Shown here: piece by piece, positions 41,701 through 54,214 of the stretch
How the letters are laid out: every line of letters starts with the position of its first letter
Position numbering within the stretch: the stretch's first letter is position 1
Assembly (NCBI RefSeq): GCF_009914755.1
Contig: NC_060925.1
Strand: one strand, 5' to 3'
DNA from: the human T2T-CHM13v2.0 reference genome, Homo sapiens
DNA length: 64,000 nucleotides
Made by a program: the position numbers and the translations under genes
The notes under the pieces: model-generated
What the model was told of the DNA's origin: nothing
Database searches by the model: none
What the model saw: only the letters and a program-made list of their open reading frames with translations

Positions 41701-43935
41701 ATTGTAATGTGTAGGTTAATGGGAGTGCTGTAATGAGTGATCAACTTTAAACAACTACAGCTTTAAGTGGGTGAGAAATAGGAACAGGGAGGAAGGCAGA
41801 ATGAATGGAAACTTGGGTTAATGCATAGGGCTGGCACTATAAACCTTGCTCTGATATGAAGCTGTAGTGCAAGCATTGGCTATTCTTTCTTCTTCTCTAT
41901 TATTGAGGTTGATCATCTCTAACATGGAGATTCTAATGCCTGGCCTGTCCACTTTGCAGGGCTGCTGTGATGATGGTCTGAAACTAGAGTGTGAAAGCTC
42001 TGTAAAAGTCTAATGTACGCTAATGTGAAAGGGTTGTGATTGTTTATGTTGTGCTCTATACCTAAGCCAGGCAAAAATAGCTCTATTGCTTGGCATTGTT
42101 AAATCCTGTTCAGTAAGCACAGAGAACCATTTGGTGGATTCTCCTCTATATGGGTTGGTACAGTTTTGGGCATAACCTTCAGCCAGAGAATCAACCCAAT
42201 TCAGACCTTGGCGTCTAAGTTTTCAAAATTAGTAAGCATTTATAGTATTATGTGTCAACTAAACTATTAAAGGTATTTGGGCATTTCTAAGAGCTGTATT
42301 CCTTGCAATTTCATGGTTCTGAACTAAAGAGCTAAGAAATGTGAGAAGACAGGATGCATTAATTTATAGTTGAATACCTGTTAGGTGAAACAGAGAAGAG
42401 CCTCTGCATATTTGTCATAAGGGTGAGCAGTGGGACATTTTGGATTGAAAGAATAAAGCATTGTGAAAAAAAGTAGTTTTGAACAGATGACTACAAGGTA
42501 AATTTGCAGTTTTGGTTAAGGAGTCAGACCCTAAGTGATAAACTTTGCTGAGATCACCCAAAGTGATCACAACTTTATCACCCAAAGTGATAAAGTTGCT
42601 GAGCAATTTGTGTAGCTTGTCATTGCCACTCTTGAGGTCTCCTGAACCTGGGAGAAAACTTATGATAGGTCTGAGGATACAGAAGTACAAGTTGTTCATA
42701 ATAACCCAACACCTGTAAAATGTGTGTCTGTGAAAGTCTCCTTTGTGAGTACTCAGGAAGCCTCTGAAAGTCTTCCATTCTTTGACACTTGGCTGGCTAC
42801 TTCTGATAGACCCTGCCTCTTTTACCCTTTCATAGGGCTTTGCAGAGGGTCCGGTGCCTGGACCAATGGATGGGAACTACAGAATTCCCAATTGCAGCTC
42901 CAACAGGATACAGCTCACAGCATGTCAGTTGTCAGGATGGACAGGTGGTGACAGCGGCTGCATAGACACATGTCCTTCAATGTGTTTCTGTGCCCTCATT
43001 CCCACAGCTTCCTTCTTGTGTGTTGCCCAGATGCCGTTTGCTATTATCATAGCAGATACAAGCCTGGGTGGATATTGGCTGTATAAGGCAGAGTCCCCAT
43101 CAAAGCCCTTGGCTTAGACTGTGGAAATCATCAATAGCTGAAAGTGCTCAGGGTATATACTCAGTGTCACCAGTTACATAGACATGTGAGGTCTGAGTGG
43201 GGACTTAGAGAAGATCTAGCCTCTTTCCCATGTTGCACAAGGAAAAGCCAAGTTAGAGAGAGATGAACTGAATAGCAGGCCATACATTTGCAGACCTGTG
43301 TTTTACAGAGGCAGAATTAAACCTATCATCACAGTCCTTTCTTGTAGGGTCAAAAATCACTGTGTTTCATCTTAATAAAATTACATGCCATTAAGGAGTT
43401 GCCTGGTACGTACATTCATGGCTTCCTTAAGCATCACCCATAAATGTGGTCCTTCATGACTTTGTATATACTACCTCCTCTTTGTGAAACATATTTAGCT
43501 CAATCTGCCACATGTCAAATTCTTACTTATTATTTGCAACAACCAAAAACAACTCTCAGACTCAGCAGTCTCCCTTAATACAAACTGTTCTACACAGGCC
43601 CTCCTGATCACTTGGGAGTGATCTGCATAATACTCAGCCTTTTAACGCATCTTCTTTTAGAGAACTTTCTCTTTCTCCCTTCTTTGTCATTATTCATACA
43701 CATTATTCACCAAGGAGGGAAGCTCCAGAGTCAATTCATCCCGTCTTCCTGGGGCATCAGGCACACGACTTTGCATGTAACAGGTTTCAATAAGTCTATT
43801 CTAAAAAAGCAAAGAAAGGGCAAATGGCTCTCTTAACTTCACAGACCTGTAAATGGAAATTGGAGAGTGCCAGATCATCTGCATGTGCCCCCTTATCTAA
43901 TTCTTTGGTTGTTTCTCTGTAATAGCTGGTGGATT

Positions 43936-44932
43936 ATGGGAAAGGACAATGCCAGTTACCTACAGGCATTCATCCTGGTGGGCTCTTCTGATCGGCCTGG
44001 ACTGGAGAAAATTCTCTTTGCTGTTATCTTGATCTTCTGCATCCTGACCCTGGTGGGCAACACTGCCATCATCCTCTTGCTGGTCATGGATGTCAGGCTC
44101 CACACACCCATGTACTTCTTTCTTGGGAATCTGTCTTTCTTAGATCTCTGCTTTACAGCAAGCATTGCCCCTCAGCTGCTGTGGAACCTGGGGGGTCCAG
44201 AGAAGACCATCACCTACCACGGCTGTGTGGCCCAACTCTACATCTACATGATGCTGGGCTCCACCGAGTGCGTCCTCCTGGTTGTCATGTCCCATGACCG
44301 CTATGTGGCCGTCTGCCGGTCCCTGCACTACATGGCAGTCATGCGCCCACATCTCTGCCTGCAGCTGGTGACTGTGGCCTGGTGCTGTGGCTTCCTAAAC
44401 TCCTTCATCATGTGTCCTCAGACGATGCAGCTCTCCCGGTGTGGACGTCGCAGGGTGGACCACTTCCTGTGTGAGATGCCTGCTCTTATTGCCATGTCTT
44501 GTGAGGAAACCATGCTGGTAGAAGCGATTCACCTTTGCCCTGGGGGTGGCTCTCCTCCTGGTGCCGCTCTCCCTCATCCTCATCTCCTATGGCGTGATTG
44601 CAGCCGCGGTGCTGAGGATGAAGTCAGCAGCAGGGCGAAAGAAAGCCTTCCACACCTGCTCTTCTCACCTCACAGTGGTCTCTCTCTTCTACGGAACCAT
44701 CATCTACGTGTACCTGAAGCCGGCCAACAGCTACTCCCAAGATCAGGGGAAGTTCCTGACTCTCTTCTACACCATCGTCATTCCCAGCATCAACCCCCTC
44801 ATCTACACTTTGAGGAACAAGGATGTGAAGGGGACCATGAAGAAACTTCTGGGGTGGGAGAAAGGGGCTGGGGAGCCTCAACGAGGGGAACACTCTAGTA
44901 ATGTAGACAGTTTGCTGGAGTTACTCTCTTAG
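43936..44932 (+). pseudogene. OR2W5P: Olfactory receptor 2W5, one-base frameshift near 44527
   Basis: ATG 43936 after acceptor taatag| (43925); motifs LHTPMYFFLGNLS and MSHDRYVAVC; frame shifts at GAA GCG aTTC ACC; second frame carries [10 protein letters not shown] and [15 protein letters not shown] to TAG at 44932. Confidence 0.92.
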
Positions 44933-45660
44933 ATGTGTCTGTGGCCATGTGGAGAACTAATATTCAAGGAGTAGAGTGAACGCGGGTGGGAAAATGCTTT
45001 CGAGTTTGACCCCGTCCTCTGCCCTCTGGATGTGAAGTGGTTTCCTTCTGTTTGAAGTTGCCTGCTTCAGGATATCTCTGCTGTATCTTGCACTTTCCTT
45101 GTCTTTTTGATTTATCCACAACTGCTGGGGACTTACAAAACTAATTCAATCACCCAAAGGCACTGGGCAGTCTGCAGATTATGTCATGGATGTCAAATAA
45201 AAATTGAGACAACATGAGTGGCCTTTTCTTCAAGCCCTTTTATTTGCTTCTGTGGCAGTTTTTCAAAGAGAGAGGGGTCAACATCAGTAAAGTTATAGTG
45301 CCCTGTCCTGGATACAGGTTGGTTCTGTATGAGTGGGGAATGTCCTTTGAGTTGCTTTTTGAAAAAGCAGAATTTGCTCAGAGTTATTTGCATCTTCTCC
45401 TTGACCTTTTCGCATAGCCAAAGTACCTACAAAAGAGCTGACTCTAGTCAGGAATGCAAGCCTTTGGGAAGAACAGAGCAAATGATACACATCCAGATAG
45501 AATGAATTTGTTCTCCTTAGCAGATTAAACAGCTGTAAATATTCTACTTCAAAGAGAGCTGTCCTATACTCAAATTAATTACCACCCCCAACCTCCACAA
45601 ATAACTCTGATGACCAATCTTATAAAATCAGTGCATATTGGAATTGGACATTACTAAAAG

Positions 45661-45820
45661 CAGTGTTTCCAAAACTTGATCGTGCATCAGAACGCTTAAG
45701 GCACAAATTTCCAAGAACTCTCCAAATTTCCTGAATCTACAATGCCAGGTGTGGGTCTAGGCATCTCTGTCTTTAAAAAGCTCCCTAGGTGTTACTGATG
45801 ATAGATTTTGAAATCATTGT
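45661..45820. mobile_element. MER5-like MITE
   Basis: cagtgtttccaaaacttgatcgtgcatcagaa...tttaaaaagctccctaggtg. Confidence 0.6.
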
Positions 45821-47459
45821 TTTAGAGATAATAAAAATCCAGCTCCTCACATTACCCAGGACTCTTCCTGTAGCATTCTGAATCCCTGGCTGCCTTCACT
45901 GGGTATGAATGATCCTGTGCACCAGGCATGGGGAAGACAGTATCATCCATATCTGGACTTGGAACTGATTTATCTTCTCACCAGTTAGCTTTCGAAGCCT
46001 AGCCTTTTTCATCTGTATTATGGAGGTCATACTCTTCACCTTAGAGGGTTGTAGTAGAGATTAAGCAAGACAAAGTATGTTAAATATGAGGTGGGTGGTC
46101 TCTCAGTAATACTTTTTTTTTCATGTACCACAGGCATTGGGCAATCTATTCTTTTGTAGGTCTTATGCAATTGTTATTTAGATCTTGTTTTTAGTAAAAT
46201 TCTGCTTCAGTATTTTTCCATTTATTATCTGCAAGATGCAAAATGTTCTCTTCCAGGTGTAGAAAACACCCTTTCCTTGCTTCTTTCAGATTAGGTAGAT
46301 AGGATCCCTCACAAACTCTCAGAGAACTTTGCTGCCTACTTTTGCACCCTAATAGAAATGTGGGTTGGGGGGTGAGGTGGTGATTCAGGGTAAGTGTGCG
46401 GATTTCACATTATTTGTAGATAATACCAGTTCAGGCTTTTTGAATTATGGGGCAGAGCGTGTCCATAGACTATCACAGAGGTTAAATATATGAGATAACA
46501 AAAATACCCAGACAGAAATGGAAAAAAATTTCAAAGTTGTTTAACCAGGTGTTTTGGAACTATTGCATAAAATATTTCAAAACCCATTGCTCCTGTCGTC
46601 TTCCTGTATAATAAAGATGATCATAGGACATGTGAAAAATAGATATTCTTTACCCTATTTGCAAATAATGTGACTAAAACACAGGGAGGCTAAGGGAGTT
46701 GCTTAAATTACAAGGCAAGTGAATACCTAAGATGGCATTCATTATTTGTCAAACATTTCCCAGGGAGTTTTTCATTCCATTAACTGCTTACACATTTAGG
46801 TCCTATGTGGTTAAATTTGGACTTTAGGACTGTTTAGTATCCAAATGCTATTTTTTATTGATAAAAAATTTAAGTTTTTCTTTTAAAATCTTTTCTTTTA
46901 AAGTTTTTCTTTTAAAATCATCCAAGGGCATTATCCTAGAGATAAAAGATTAAAAAATTTTGTCTGTTAATCCAAATACCAGTCCTTTTCTTTACTCCAA
47001 TTCTCCTGGTTGAGTTTTTGTGGCATAAAAACTGCCAGGAAAGCACCCCCATACATCTAATGAGTATATTTTCAGCTGATGTGCAGGAGGGTACTGGCCA
47101 CAGCTGTGAACATCATTTCCCACGTGTTTTTTTCTTTATATTAATGCTATTTCTGTGATAAATTTTTCAACGGATCAAGTTAAGGAGTATTCATTAAATG
47201 CATATAATACCCTGGAAATTGTAAGGAAATCAAAGAAATTGACATGGCTATAGGGGCCTGTCCACTCACAGTTCCTAGGGTACACTACCACTCGGACCCC
47301 TGTCATTTGTCCTAGCACTGACACTGCAACAGTGGACGTTTTCATCCAATAACACCTTTATCTTGGATACAGTTAGTGATGAGTTGGAGTTTCAGGGTAT
47401 GGGGAGAGGAATCAATCAACCCATCTACAAATTGACCATTGACTTGTGTGCTTTAGTTT

Positions 47460-47921
47460 TGTCAACTTTAAAATAATAAGATTCAGAAAATATGATTAAA
47501 TGTGGAGTTTATTTGAGGGCAAAGCTTGAGAATTAGCCACCTGAATAACACAGACTCCCAAGAAATGGAGTCAGTACTCCAAAGTGGAAAAGTTAAAGTT
47601 TACTGATTTAGGCAGAAGCAGAGAAATTTAGCAGAGTTACAGTAGTTCTCATATAAGGTCAGTAAATACATTATAGTGATTTGATTAGGTACAGCTGGCT
47701 ACGTGCCAAGGAAAATTGTTTAACATGAACACTCCACAAGAAGGGGTAATGGTCTCAAGGAGTCTTATCTCTGGTACGATTTAGTCTTTCCTAATCATTT
47801 ACAGGAAAAAGCAGAAGTTGCAGCTGTATGCTACATGACTCAGGCCACATAGTCACACTCCTCTTAAGGCTCAAAATAATTTAAATTTCCAACAGCTGAA
47901 ATTTGAATTACTTATTTCACA
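47460..47921 (-). mobile_element. Old ERV1 solo LTR (MER31/MER67-like)
   Basis: tgtcaact...gagtttatttgagggcaaagcttgag...ttatttcaca; TG..CA ends, about 460 bp. Confidence 0.55.
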
Positions 47922-48274
47922 GTTTGATAAACTTGGTTAATCTGATTTCTCTGTAGGGACTTAAGAAACTGACTCAAAGGTCCTCCCCCCAAATTCTCAT
48001 CAATTGGAAAGAAAATAGAATAAAATACTACTATAATAAAATTGGACAAAGTAATGATATAACAAACAGTAAGGTAGAGATGGAATAGTAAGAAAATATT
48101 TGACCAGAGAATTGAACTAGAACATAAAATTGTGAAATTCTGATGCTCTTTAAAAAGTATTTGGGAAGTACAGAAAGACAATAATGGTACCTGAAAAAAA
48201 GAATTTCTGTCTGAAAAAAAGTTTGTGTATGGAAGGCAGGTAGAGTAAGATTGATTGTAAATGATGTTAAATCT

Positions 48275-48482
48275 GGCTGGGTGCGGTGGCTCATGCCTGT
48301 AATCCCAGCACTTTGGGAGGCTGATCACTTGAGGTCAGAAGTTTGAGACCAGGCTGACCAACATGGTGAAACCCCATTTCTATTAAAAATACAAAAATCA
48401 GCCGGTCATGGTGGTGGGCACCTGTAATCCCAGCTACTTGGGAGGCTGAGGCAGGGAGAATCCCCTGAACTGGGTAGGCAAA
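48275..48482 (+). mobile_element. Partial AluS running into (TTCC)n
   Basis: Alu sequence with an internal deletion and no tail. Confidence 0.88.
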
Positions 48483-50062
48483 GGGTGGATTCCTTCCTTC
48501 CTTCCTTTCCTTCCTTCCTTTTTTTCTTCTTCTGTCAGCAAGTATACTATGCTAGGACAATGGAGATACATATATGAAAGACTTAAAGAAAAAATGCAAC
48601 CTGATGCTGAAAATGTGCCGTGGAATGAATGAGGTGGTACTTGATCATTGAAGTTTGGGTGTTTCTATAGGAGATGAAGTCTGTTTTGAGTCTTAAAGAG
48701 TGAATAAGTTAGAAAGGAAAAGAATGGGAAGGAAATGCTATACGTAAAAAATAAAAAGACTGTGCTAGTCAAAGAGAAGACGAAAGGTATTCTGAGTTCA
48801 GTAGTTTGACATGTTTGTTTGTAGGGTTCTTATGGGGAATTGCCATGGTTAAATAATGGAGGCATAGGCAAGAACAAGGTTGTTGGGCACACTCTTCTAA
48901 CAAAATACCAAGTTGAGGAACTTGGATTTCATTTTTCCTAACATGGAGAGAAAATGAATGCATTTAGGAAAGAGAGTGGCATAAGTAGGGTGTATTTTAG
49001 GGAGATCATTTGCTGCAATGTAAAATATATCTCAAGAAAGGGAAGAAGAAAAGCATTTTAATTAACTCAAGAGAGAAGTTGTAACAATTTAATTAAGAAA
49101 ACTAGAGTGTGAGTGAAGAATAGGAATTGGATTTTGGAGATGTTAGGGAATAGAATTTTCAGGATTTAGGATTTGACTGGAAGTGAGAAATGAGTAAGAG
49201 AGAATAAACACGACTTAATCTCTGGTATGTGATTAGCTTTTCTGGATGTAGAAAGAGCAGGTTGGGGGGTGGCTGCAGACTTTAATTTCACATGAGTTGA
49301 TAATTAACACAGTTTTCTCCCAAATTAGAAGGAAGCATCTCAAGAATCAGTATTTTAAGACTAAGGGACCAAATCCTGTGAAAATAATGATCACAGATTC
49401 ATCATGTCCTCTGAGCCATCCTGGCACAGAAGGACGTATTAAGCTTTTGCTAACACACTCCAAGCTCTGGAACTGAGCCATTAAAAACTGTGCTGTTCTT
49501 ATGTCTGTGTTGGGCCTCTGAGGTGAAGGTTTCTTGGGGATTGTCTCTGTCGTCCCTAATGGAATGAGCTCTGAGGCCTGGGTGGATGATGACAACCCCA
49601 GTCAGGGATGTGTCTAACAAGTCAATGTGTCTGGAATCTCATTGCCCTGGGCAAAGGCAGAGATAGTTTGATCCGTTGGGTCTTTCCTGATCTGCCTGAC
49701 TTAATTCTGTCTCTGAGCAGTACATCTATAATGGATCAAACCATATAATTCCTTAAAAGTCCAACAGCTGGTGAATTAAGTCAGTAAATGGTCCAGTTTA
49801 AATTGACTTTATTTTTATTACCCAGGTTATTTGACTGAGCTGATCCACTCTTTTACTTTTGTCATTGTAGATATAATTACACTAACAATCAAAGCACTGT
49901 TTCTTCCGTCCCACCCAGTGAGAACATACGGTGTTTACCTTTCTGTGCCCGACGTATTTCACTTAATGCCCTCTGATTTTATCTGTGTTGCCGCAAATGA
50001 CAGGATTTCAAATCTATATCAGTGAGGAATTTTGTTTGTAGTTTCGCTTTTGTTCTATGTAT

Positions 50063-50196
50063 TACTATTATTATTTTTTCACACGGAGTTCCACTCTTGT
50101 TGCCCAGGCTGGAGTGCAATGGCGCGATCTCGGCTCATGCAACCTTTGCCTTTCGAGTTCAAGTGATTCCCCAGTCTCAGCCTCCCAAGTAGCTGG
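50063..50196 (-). mobile_element. Alu right-arm fragment
   Basis: acggagttccactcttgttgcccaggctggagtgcaatgg. Confidence 0.85.
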
Positions 50197-51496
50197 TAGG
50201 TGACTGAGAAATGCTTCAAAATTAGCCAAAACTTAAAATTAAGTTAAAGTTTACCTTCAAGATTCAACCTGAATGAGTCACTCTGTATTGCTGGTAATAA
50301 AAAATAAGTTTTTAATGGTATAAAAGCAAACCCCAGAGAATGTTTTTTCCCCAGTTGACATCTAAATTAAAAACTGTAAAACATTTGTATGGCCTTATGC
50401 ACTTTTTACTTTAGAATTCCAACTTTTTCTAGTTAAAATTCTTCTAAACAGATTCCTGTGCATTTGAAAGACAAATGATTTTTTAATTGAAATGCTTAAG
50501 CAGTTTTTAAGAAGTTAAAGCTGTTGTGCTTATTCTTTAAATAGTTTATTTAATATAACTACATTTTAAGAGTTTGATTTAATGTTAAGTTCTTCTCAAC
50601 TTTGTTTAAGAAGCAGAAAGCATTACATGAGATTCTTGACAGATGCTTTCAAGGAATCTCTTTAAAAAATGTTAAAGGTAGAACTATTTAACATAAAATT
50701 GAATTTTTAAGTGTTTGCATAATTTGAAAAATTATGTCTCGCAGCTTTTTAAATGCCCAACTATGATACATATTTTCCCTTAGTAATATGAGGATAATAA
50801 TTGTAGTTACCATGGGCTAACTATATGCTGCACGACATGCTAAATTCTTTATGTATATTTATCTTCTAATCTTTAGAATTGTCTAAAAAGTTTGGCAGTT
50901 TTATTGTCTTTATTTTTATAACCATTATTCTTGATACATTATACAGTCATTTTTTCTGTTCTTGATTTTTAATGTATGTTTATGTTTGTTCATGTGCTTT
51001 TATTTCTAATAATGTAATAAACATTTAAAATTAGAAAACTGAGATTTAAAAGTGGACTAAATTGTCCATGGGACACCGAGCTGTAAGACGCAGAGCCAGG
51101 ATTAAAACTGGCATCTGATTCTAAAACCTGTGATGCTAACTACTGTCATTGCAGAAAAACTTCTTTGTTCTACATGAATTATCTGTTGATTTCTCCTCTC
51201 AGTCTTATTTTTTTCTTATACTCATTACTATTTGACATGTGTGTGTAGATTTTTTTTATAGAGATGAGGTCTTGCTTTGATAATCATACATGTATATTTT
51301 TAATTTACTATCTGTCTCTCTTGCTTTTTTGTTCACTGTTCTAAAACAATTGCAGGCATTTGTATGTGGTTTGTAGGTATTGGTTGATACTTAAATGAAT
51401 GAATGTAATTAGTGTATTCTGTACACCATCAGTGCATATATTATTAAAGATGTGATAGATTTCGTGTTTTCCTCTCTTTATATTGTTCCTATATTG

Positions 51497-51900
51497 CAGC
51501 AGTCCCCAGTCTTTTTGGCACCAGGTACTGGTTTCGTGGAAGACAACTTTTCCATGGACTGGGCAGGGGGACGGCTTCAGGATGATTCAAGTACATTACA
51601 TTTACTGCATACTTTGTTATTATTGCACTGTAATATATAATGAAATATAAAACTCACCATAATGTAGAATCAGTGGGAGCCCTGAGCTTGTTTTCCTGCA
51701 ACTAGACAGTCCCACCAGAGGGTGATGGGAGACAGTGACACCTGAAATGTGGTGCTTATGTCCAGTCTACTCCATAATCTTGGTTGCTGTCACTGCAAAA
51801 AACCATGCTTCACAAAGACAGGATGTTGGAAATGGAAGCAGGTGTTTCAGTGATACTATTGACAAGGAAGTGTCAGTGCTCCTGTGGAGAACAGGAATGG
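51497..51900. mobile_element. MER1/Charlie3 hAT transposon fragment
   Basis: cagcagtcccca..tttttggcaccagg..ctggtttcgtggaagacaa. Confidence 0.8.
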
Positions 51901-52198
51901 TTTCGCTGTCCTTAAAGTTTACATAACATTTACTATTATTGGTCCTTCTCTGTGTTCTTATTTTTTTTCTGATATCTCTCCTCTCTTCTTCCTCCTCTTA
52001 AATGGTACATCTAATCCTGTTCTTTTATTCTAATTTTTTTTAATGCTTTTCAATGCTTGCAGGTCTTTACTAAATACCGCTATAATCATTTAACTCTAAT
52101 TCTATTTCAATAGCTAAGCTGCCCATCTGGTATTTCCATTTTATTATACTTATCACAAACTTGATAAATCTGAAATTCGGTGCAATAGATAATTTTCT

Positions 52199-53875
52199 TG
52201 TGGTAGTTTAAAAATATGTTCAATAATTATTTGAAACTCTTCAAAAAGTATGAGGGATCTTCAAAAAGTTCATGGGAAATGCATATTATGAAGAAACTAT
52301 GCATAGATTTCAGAAATATTTTGCACCTAAATAAACTTGTACTAACTTGTTATAACATGTCGGAACAGGATCTAATTTGAGGAATTATAATAAGAAAACT
52401 AAGACACCAGTTTGAAAAGAGGTCCTATTAAAGCAACATGAATTCTGCTAAAATTAACACAAGAACAAACATCAAATTTGTGGCAATTTTGGGTGATAGA
52501 ATAGTAAAATCACTGGTTCTTTATGACAAGTTTATGAGGACAATGCCCTCCAACATTTGCAAGTTTACAAATAAATAACTCATTTGAAGAAGGGATGATA
52601 AGATTGAAGATAAAGCCTGCAGTGGCAGACAATTCACAGTTCACCAGAAAAAAAAATAATCTTGTTCATGTCCTGCTTTAGGAATAATAATAGCATAAAC
52701 AACAGCCAACACCACAGCCATCTCAATTGGTTAAATTTACACAATTTTGAAAAATTTTCCACTCAATAGTTTCAAAAACTCTTGTTCCCAGATGAACTGC
52801 AGACAACAGCAGAGCTTTCAACTGCTATTTTACGTAAGTGGAATCAAGATCCTGAAGCATTTCTTCAAATAATTGTAAGAGGAGGTCAAACACAGCTGTT
52901 CCAGTGAAATCCTCAAGACTTTCTAGAGGGCCCAAAACAAAAAAACCCCAATAACACATGCTATTATGAGAGTATTTTGAGAAAGTTAGCCAAAGTTTTA
53001 GAAGAAGAACTTCCAGGAAATTTCACCAGAGAATTCTTCTCCACCATAACAATATTCTTCCTCATTCCTCTCATCAAAAAAAGACAATTTTGCTAGGGTT
53101 TCAATAGAAAATTATTAGGCATTCACCTTTTAGCTCTGATTTTGCTCCCGCTAACTTCTTTTCTGATTTTAAAAAAACTTGAAAGGACACCCATTTTTCT
53201 TCAGTTAGTAATGTAAAAAAGACTGTCTTGACATGGTTAAATTCCCAGGACCTTAGTTTTTTTGTAGGGATGGACTAAAGGCCAGTATTATTGCTTATAA
53301 AGGTGTCTTGAACTTGATGAAGCTTATGTTGAGAAATAAAGTTTCTATATTTTATTTTTGTGTTTTACTTTCATTTTTTCACAAACTTATTGAAGTCCTT
53401 TCATAGACCCTAATTCTCTTCTTCTTGAAGGTATGTGCAGCTTAATCATCCTTTCTTGTGAATAGAATGTGACAGAAGTGACCATGTGTGACTTCTGAGT
53501 CTAGGTCATCAAAGATTTTGCCACTTATGGGCTTTCCTTTTTCCTAAGCCACTCACGCTGGAGAAACCAACAACTATTTGGTGAGAATAGTCAAGCAGCG
53601 CTACAAAAACATCCATGTGGAGAGAACCTGAGGCCTTCAATTACAAACCCCACCAACTTGCGGGCCGTGAATGTGAGCAAACTTGAAAGTGGTCAAGCCT
53701 TTGGATGACAGCCCCAGTTGAAATCTGACTGTAACCACATGAGCTATCCTGAGGCACAACCACCATGATAAATTGTTCTTGAATTCCTCGTTTACAGAAA
53801 CTCAATTAGGTAATACATACTGTGAGTTTACGCCACAAAGTTTTGGGGTTATATGTTATGAAACAATAGATAGCA
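52199..53875 (+). mobile_element. MLT1E/F-like LTR interrupted by HSMAR2
   Basis: tgtggtagtttaaaaat... resumes at 53406 ...aatagaatgtgacagaagtgac...caatagatagc. Confidence 0.65.
52251..53403 (+). mobile_element. HSMAR2 mariner DNA transposon with both ends and a decayed transposase
   Basis: TIRs tgagggatcttcaaaaagtt / aacttattgaagtcctttca; TA duplication at 52249-50 and 53404-05; ATG 52438 gives MNSAKI..RTNIKF, then stops and frameshifts. Confidence 0.9.
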
Positions 53876-53907
53876 ATTTCACTCTTTCAACATCCATTTT
53901 ACTTTTT

Positions 53908-54214
53908 ACACAATCATGCATTTTTAATAATGGGGATGTATCTTGAGAAACGCACCACTGTGTAATATCATTGTTGTGTGAACATCATAGGATGTACTTA
54001 CACAAACCTAGGTGGTAGAGCCTATCACACACCTAGACTATATGGTATAGCCTATTGCTCCTAAACTACAAACCTGTGCAGCATGTTACTGTGCTGAATA
54101 CTGCAGGCAACTGTAACACAATGGTCAGCATTTGTGTATATAAACATAGAAAAGGTACAGTAAAAATATGGTATAAAAGATTAAAAAATGGTACACTTGA
54201 GTAGGGCACTTACC
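53908..54214. mobile_element. Tigger3 (Golem/MER7) fragment
   Basis: acacacctagactatatggtatagcctattgctcctaaactacaaacctgt. Confidence 0.8.

Noticed and set aside
43867-43935. 23-aa N-terminal extension of OR2W5P in the ORF track
   Set aside because: It begins at GTG and spans the pyrimidine tract and acceptor; the real start is ATG 43936
52438-53340. Possible domesticated mariner transposase
   Set aside because: Multiple stops, frameshifts and deletions; no long ORF
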